Shown piece after piece: positions 46,812 through 51,753 of a DNA stretch of 51,753 nucleotides; the first letter of the stretch is position 1, and each line of letters opens with the position of its first letter. Where the stretch lies: positions 1 through 51,753 of the forward strand of contig BAAIJX010000094.1 of NCBI GenBank assembly GCA_054600435.1. The letters run 5' to 3'. Made by a program: the position numbers and the translations under genes. Source of the DNA: Neophaeotheca triangularis (taxonomy: Eukaryota). The notes under the pieces are model-generated. The model was not told the DNA's origin. It was given only the letters and a program-made list of their open reading frames with translations, and ran no database searches.

Positions 46812-49800
46812 ATGTCTTCCGACTCGACTTCATCGGCACCCGTCGCCGCTCGCCGACCACACATCTCCCCCGAGACGGCCGCGCAGATGTGGCAATTCTT
46901 CCAAATCTACGCCTGGCCGTTTGCCATCTGGTTCAAGCCCATTTGTTTGGCGACTGCCGCGCTATGGCTGGTCTACCGCGCTTACCACGTCGTTAACAAG
47001 CCTCTGGATGAACTTGCGCAGCTGCTAGGATACGATGTACCACCAACCCCCCTCATTGACTTGGCTGGCATCAAATCGGACGGGGCCATCATCCATTGGA
47101 CCGTACCTGAGAAGCAGAAACTCAAGACTACATTGAAATATGAAATACACCTTAACGGGGTTGTCATCGATTCGGTGGCCAGCAGTGAATCGGCCGTCAC
47201 AATCACTGGTTTGCAGCCAGGGGGCTATTATGTGGTCAGGGTAGCGCTAGTTAACAGCAGTCTCTCCTCGAGGAGTACCCCGATTCGTTTCCGCTCCAAG
47301 CCTGCAAGCTCCTCCGACACATTCGCTACTGGCTCTGAGCATGGTCATGAAACCGAGCATGAAAGCGGTCAGGATAGCGCTCCTCGCATCAAAGCATACC
47401 GTGGCCTGAAAGATATTGCGCCTCCTTCGCCAGAGGCTGCACCGCCAATGACACGGGAGGGAAGCTCACAGCGTCATCATCAACGCAGCATAAACGGTAA
47501 TCGGCCTTCACCTGCTGCGCTTGGAATTGACAGACAGGATCCGGTTTCTGATTCTGCCGGTTCTGCTGAATGTGAGGAAAGCATACATCAACTGACAGAA
47601 AGACTCGATACACTGCGGCAAGAGTTGGAAGACGTGGAAAGGCAGTCGAGAATTGATGAGGAGGAGGACCTCAAGGCTCGTGAGGAGTTGAACAAAGAGC
47701 GCGACGAGCTCAAGGCTGAATTGAGCAAAAAGGACAAGGCAAGCAAAGACTTGAAGAAAGAGGTTGGCATTCTTGAGCGTCAGAACACTTCGGCGCAGAA
47801 CGAGAAGGAAAAGCAGAAGAGGACCCTTGCTCAAAAGCAACACGAGTACGAGAAACTGAAGGAAGATACTAAACGCTGGGAGCGCGAGACTGTAGAGTTC
47901 AAGGCGGATGGAGAGCGCATTCAAAAAGAACAGGCCGATCGTAGCAAGCAGTTCGAGCAAGAAAGGGAAGAGCTCCGTCTCAAACAGGCTGAGGCTTCTG
48001 CCGCATTCAAGGCCCTTGATGACGAATTCCGAGGACAGCAAGCCGAGATCAAGAAGATTGAACGTGCGAAGAACAGCTCACCCAACGGCGCAGAACCTGA
48101 ACGAAGTTTTGTCCAGCAACAGCAGCAAGAGGCTGAAGAGGATCGCCAGTGGAACGTTACCCGTGCAGGCCTTAATCAGCAGTACAGTAACGCTGCTCAA
48201 CGTCTGGAATCGATAAGACAATTCCATCGTGACCAGGTGTCTTATTTGGAACAGGTTAGGGATCAAAGCAGACGACAGCAGCGTGACGCACAGCTTGCGT
48301 CAGCAAACTCCAATCAAGAACGTCAGCTTGGGCGTGGCGACAGTCAGCGGAGTAGGCATGGTACAGCAGCTGATAGTCCCAGCATCAGTAACTTTCCGAC
48401 ATCCAGCTCGAGTCCTTTCGGTAATGGAATCAATGCTATCTCACCAGGCTTTCCCCACCAAGCCGGGCCGAGTCCGTTCTTGAACATCAGTAATGGTATG
48501 ACCATTGCGGCGCCCACAGCGGACATCTCGCTTTCGGATGAAGAGAAAGATAAGCTCACCGGTGGAGCGCCCATGTCTCCTGGCACAGGCGCCGGGTTAA
48601 TACCCGCTGACCTCTTCTCAAACGACGACAATAACAACAAGAATGGTTCTGATGCCAGGTCAAACGTTCAACCTCTTCCTGGACTGGGCGCTTTGCCTGG
48701 TCTTGGCGGAATACCTGGCCTTGGCCAACAGCCTCGCGGCATCGCTGAGCATCCCTCTTCTGGTCCAGCGTCTCCAGCTTCAATTCCCAGCAGGCCAGCA
48801 TCGACGTTTGCTAGTCCGCAAGCGAGCCAAAACAACATCCACCTTGGTAGCCCCGACGCCGTTATGGACAGCGATAGACGCTCGATACGATCTAACCGCT
48901 CGAATCGTGCCATCTCTGGTAGTGGTGGCCATAACGGCGCTCCCGCAGCTAGTCGTTTTCAGGGGATATTTGGTATGAAACAGCGAAGTAAGACATCGGC
49001 TGCTGATGATTCAGGGTTGGCGTTGGGAAAGGCTCAAAGCCATAGTATGCCAAGGCAAGATCAAGGGTTACCCGGCTTGGATACTACCACAACGACTAGA
49101 AAGCGGAACAGCAGTATTTCCGGCGGACTTTTTGGAGGTGCGCTCAGCAGACCTGGACAGAGTGGTGTCGAAGGAAGCCAAGACAACGATGCTGACAGAG
49201 CCGATGGCCCGACCGCTAAGACTAGACGCCCATTCGCTTTCTTCAGCCAAAAGGCCGACGGCTGGCCAAGCTCATTCACCTCCCTCGGTCGACGCCCAGC
49301 AAGTCCCCGGCCAGGTAGTACCCACTCCACCGAACTGCCGCGCCCCAGCCTCGATAGCTCTAGGTGGGGTGTGGATAGCTGGGCTAATAACGACGCTGCC
49401 TCTGGTGCCCGTAACAGCCCCCTTTCATTCGGTCCCACAGGCCCGGGGCCCGGCTGGGGGATGCCCTCGAATCGCTCCTTTGGCTCTAGGCACCCGTCAA
49501 GAAGACCCAGCATCCAGCAAGGCGCCTCTTCCGGGCCACCAGAAGATATCATCGAAGACTCCGACTCGGACGCGCTCGACCCAAAAGACGAACCCCACCT
49601 CGCCCCGATCGGCACAAAACCTGCTACCACCACCGACAAAGAACCCCCCGGCTCCCCCCACCTCAATCCCAACGCCAAAGACTTTCGCTCCTTCTTCAGC
49701 AGCATGAAACCCAGCAGCAGCAAAAACAAAGACACGGCCAACGCCAACGTCACTGCCGCCGCCGCTGCCACCTCGACCACCTCCACCCCCGGCCCCAGCT

Positions 49801-50465
49801 CAACCAACGATGCCGAATCCCCGCCAATCTCCCGTAAATCCCGCTCCGACGTCCGCTCCCTCGCAATGTCCGAATCCACCACCCACGACTCCAACAGCGC
49901 CCGCCCTTCCAACGAATACTTTCACCTCACCCGCACCCCCTCGCATTCAAACTCGTACCTCTCCTCTTCCGCCGGCGACAGCAGCCTCCTAGCCCCTACC
50001 AACTCTTGCGCCGCGAACGCCAACAACACCAACAATGCCAACAACCTCAGCAGCAGCCTAAGCTCCTCTTTCAGCGGCAAAGAAACACTGATGCAGAAAA
50101 TCCAGCGCAAATCCAGCAGCGGCAAGTTTTCGCTCCCGGCTTTCACTAAGCGCGATCGCGCGCGCCTGGCTTCTTCGGCATCGGCGGCTAGAGAGAGTGC
50201 TGGGGGTGATGCGACACCTTTGGCTACGCCGGCGGATGAAGGTGATGAGGAGACGCAGGGTTTGGCGGCGGGGGGAAGTGGAGAGGGAAGGGGGAGTTTT
50301 GAGCGTGGGGCTGGGAAACAGGGTGGTAGTGGTGGTGGTGGGAGCGGGAGTGGGCGAGGTTGGAGTAATGTGCTGAAGTTGGGCAAGGGGAAGGAGAGGG
50401 AGAGGGAGAGGGAGAAGGAGAAGGAGAAGAGGGGTGAGGGGGAGAGTGAGGTTGACGAGGAATAG
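46812..50465 (+). CDS. Membrane-anchored fibronectin type III / coiled-coil protein with long disordered tail
   Basis: N-terminal hydrophobic segment, FN3 pattern (IIHW..YEIHLNG..ITGLQPGGYYVVRVALVN), E/K/Q-rich coiled coil, Ser/Gly/Pro tail. Confidence 0.82.
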   Translation: MSSDSTSSAPVAARRPHISPETAAQMWQFFQIYAWPFAIWFKPICLATAALWLVYRAYHVVNKPLDELAQLLGYDVPPTPLIDLAGIKSDGAIIHWTVPEKQKLKTTLKYEIHLNGVVIDSVASSESAVTITGLQPGGYYVVRVALVNSSLSSRSTPIRFRSKPASSSDTFATGSEHGHETEHESGQDSAPRIKAYRGLKDIAPPSPEAAPPMTREGSSQRHHQRSINGNRPSPAALGIDRQDPVSDSAGSAECEESIHQLTERLDTLRQELEDVERQSRIDEEEDLKAREELNKERDELKAELSKKDKASKDLKKEVGILERQNTSAQNEKEKQKRTLAQKQHEYEKLKEDTKRWERETVEFKADGERIQKEQADRSKQFEQEREELRLKQAEASAAFKALDDEFRGQQAEIKKIERAKNSSPNGAEPERSFVQQQQQEAEEDRQWNVTRAGLNQQYSNAAQRLESIRQFHRDQVSYLEQVRDQSRRQQRDAQLASANSNQERQLGRGDSQRSRHGTAADSPSISNFPTSSSSPFGNGINAISPGFPHQAGPSPFLNISNGMTIAAPTADISLSDEEKDKLTGGAPMSPGTGAGLIPADLFSNDDNNNKNGSDARSNVQPLPGLGALPGLGGIPGLGQQPRGIAEHPSSGPASPASIPSRPASTFASPQASQNNIHLGSPDAVMDSDRRSIRSNRSNRAISGSGGHNGAPAASRFQGIFGMKQRSKTSAADDSGLALGKAQSHSMPRQDQGLPGLDTTTTTRKRNSSISGGLFGGALSRPGQSGVEGSQDNDADRADGPTAKTRRPFAFFSQKADGWPSSFTSLGRRPASPRPGSTHSTELPRPSLDSSRWGVDSWANNDAASGARNSPLSFGPTGPGPGWGMPSNRSFGSRHPSRRPSIQQGASSGPPEDIIEDSDSDALDPKDEPHLAPIGTKPATTTDKEPPGSPHLNPNAKDFRSFFSSMKPSSSKNKDTANANVTAAAAATSTTSTPGPSSTNDAESPPISRKSRSDVRSLAMSESTTHDSNSARPSNEYFHLTRTPSHSNSYLSSSAGDSSLLAPTNSCAANANNTNNANNLSSSLSSSFSGKETLMQKIQRKSSSGKFSLPAFTKRDRARLASSASAARESAGGDATPLATPADEGDEETQGLAAGGSGEGRGSFERGAGKQGGSGGGGSGSGRGWSNVLKLGKGKEREREREKEKEKRGEGESEVDEE

Positions 50466-51182
50466 GGGTGGCATTGGTGAGAGGCTTCGAGGTCTAGGGG
50501 TGTCGATAGAGGCATAGATGATTGGTATGGATACATACGTCGCAGGATAGATGTTGTAGCTTTGTTTTTTCTTTCGCTCATCATCTTGGAAAACGACTTC
50601 CATCCACCACGTTTCTCTCACTACTCGATAAAAATACTAGAGAACTTGTACACCCTTGCTTTGACTGTATGCCTTACCTAGGTATGTAGGTGTATGGGCT
50701 TGGCATAGGTACAGTACATGTTGTGGGAGGTGGCGGGAGCAGCCGAGAGAAAGTCAAGTCATCCTGCTTTGTTGGCTTGCGACCGGAGTCAAAAGTGAGC
50801 AGAAGCAGGGCCATCTCCATACTACTAGTATCTCCTTCAAAGGGCGAAGACACGCACGTTCCGCACCGTCGCAATGGGATCTCAACGCCAACACCCACCC
50901 AACCTTCTCTTCTCTTTCCGTCAATATCATCACTCCATCATCACCACCACCACCAACACCACCACCAACTTCAACACAATACCACGACATCACCGCTGCC
51001 TACCGGATACGGCTAAACGCGACCGACGACACTACTCACCACAACTGACATGACACGACTGCCCAGCTAATAAGGAGACGACCGGCCATCACCCGTACCA
51101 TCCAACACAATAACGACAACAACCTCTCGCCAAACCAACGATATATCATCAAATCACACCAACACCGCCCACCAACACAACA

Positions 51183-51571
51183 ATGTCAACACCAAAACCC
51201 AACCCCAAATCCAACAAAAAACCCACCTCCCTAACCATAACCCTACGCCTTCCCTCGGACAAACTCGCCCAATGGCCTTCATCCACAACCACAACCAACG
51301 CTCCCACCAACTCCCAACCCGCCGACCAAGCCGACACACCTCCCCCTCCAGCCGCAAGCGACAAAGATCCCGCAGCCGACTCCAACAGCACACCCGCTCC
51401 CAATGCTGACGCCAACGGTGGACCGAATGCTCAAGGCAAGGGAGATGCTGCTGGCAAAAAGAAGCGTGGGGGTGGTGCTGTTGCGGGTAGGAAGAGGGCG
51501 CCGCCGAGTATTGATCCTAACGGGCCTGTCAAGGAGAAGGGCCGGCCGGGTCCGAAGAAGAAGCCTAGGTT
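51183..51571 (+). CDS. First exon of a probable INO80 complex subunit Ies4-like protein (3' part lost at window end)
   Basis: ITLRL N-terminal motif and basic GRPGPKKKPRL resemble filamentous-fungal Ies4 (recognition from memory). GTGAGT donor at 51572. Confidence 0.6.
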
Positions 51572-51641
51572 GTGAGTTCTGTCACCTTTGATTTGCTTTT
51601 GTTGTTGTGGTTGTGGGGATTTGAGGGGGGCTACCCCCCCG

Positions 51642-51643
<2 letters not shown>

Positions 51644-51740
<97 letters not shown>

Positions 51741-51753
51741 CGGGCGGGCCGGG
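51644..51753 (+). other. Terminal poly-G tract, probable sequencing artefact
   Basis: About 97 consecutive G at the window end, typical of no-signal calls in two-colour sequencing. Confidence 0.8.

Noticed and set aside
10045..51571. Functional cluster of chromatin genes (SNF2, SRA, Clr2, Ies4)
   Set aside because: They are interspersed with unrelated housekeeping genes and show no shared motif; chance is sufficient without synteny data.
51644..51740. G-quadruplex or telomeric end
   Set aside because: A pure terminal homopolymer interrupting an intron, mirrored by poly-C at the start; an artefact is more likely.

Overview
Gene-dense eukaryotic window from a filamentous ascomycete (Pezizomycotina). 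The proteins look Dothideomycete-like to me, but that is inference only. I can support 16 protein-coding genes with short GT-AG introns and CTRAC/CTAAT branch sites: an SLN1-type hybrid histidine kinase, an F-box-like hypothetical protein, a RING-SNF2 ATPase, a 5-exon MFS protein, a Nit2/NIT3 amidase, a hypothetical protein, a class-V PLP enzyme, a stand-alone SRA/YDG protein, a BEM46-like hydrolase, HIS4, CMC1, Clr2, a RanBPM/GID1-type protein, lipin PAH1, a TM-FN3-coiled-coil protein and a truncated Ies4-like gene. The top finding is that the spliced MFS gene is intact except for one in-frame TAG (17506-17504, minus strand) just before the first transmembrane helix, where Trp is expected. 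This is the architecture of AMD1-type genes rescued by sexual-stage A-to-I (UAG->UGG) mRNA editing. The second finding is a coding-like, 211-codon stop-free and AUG-free extension upstream of the RanBPM/GID1 gene. No tRNA, rRNA, CRISPR array or transposon could be supported. Both window ends look like sequencing or assembly artefacts.
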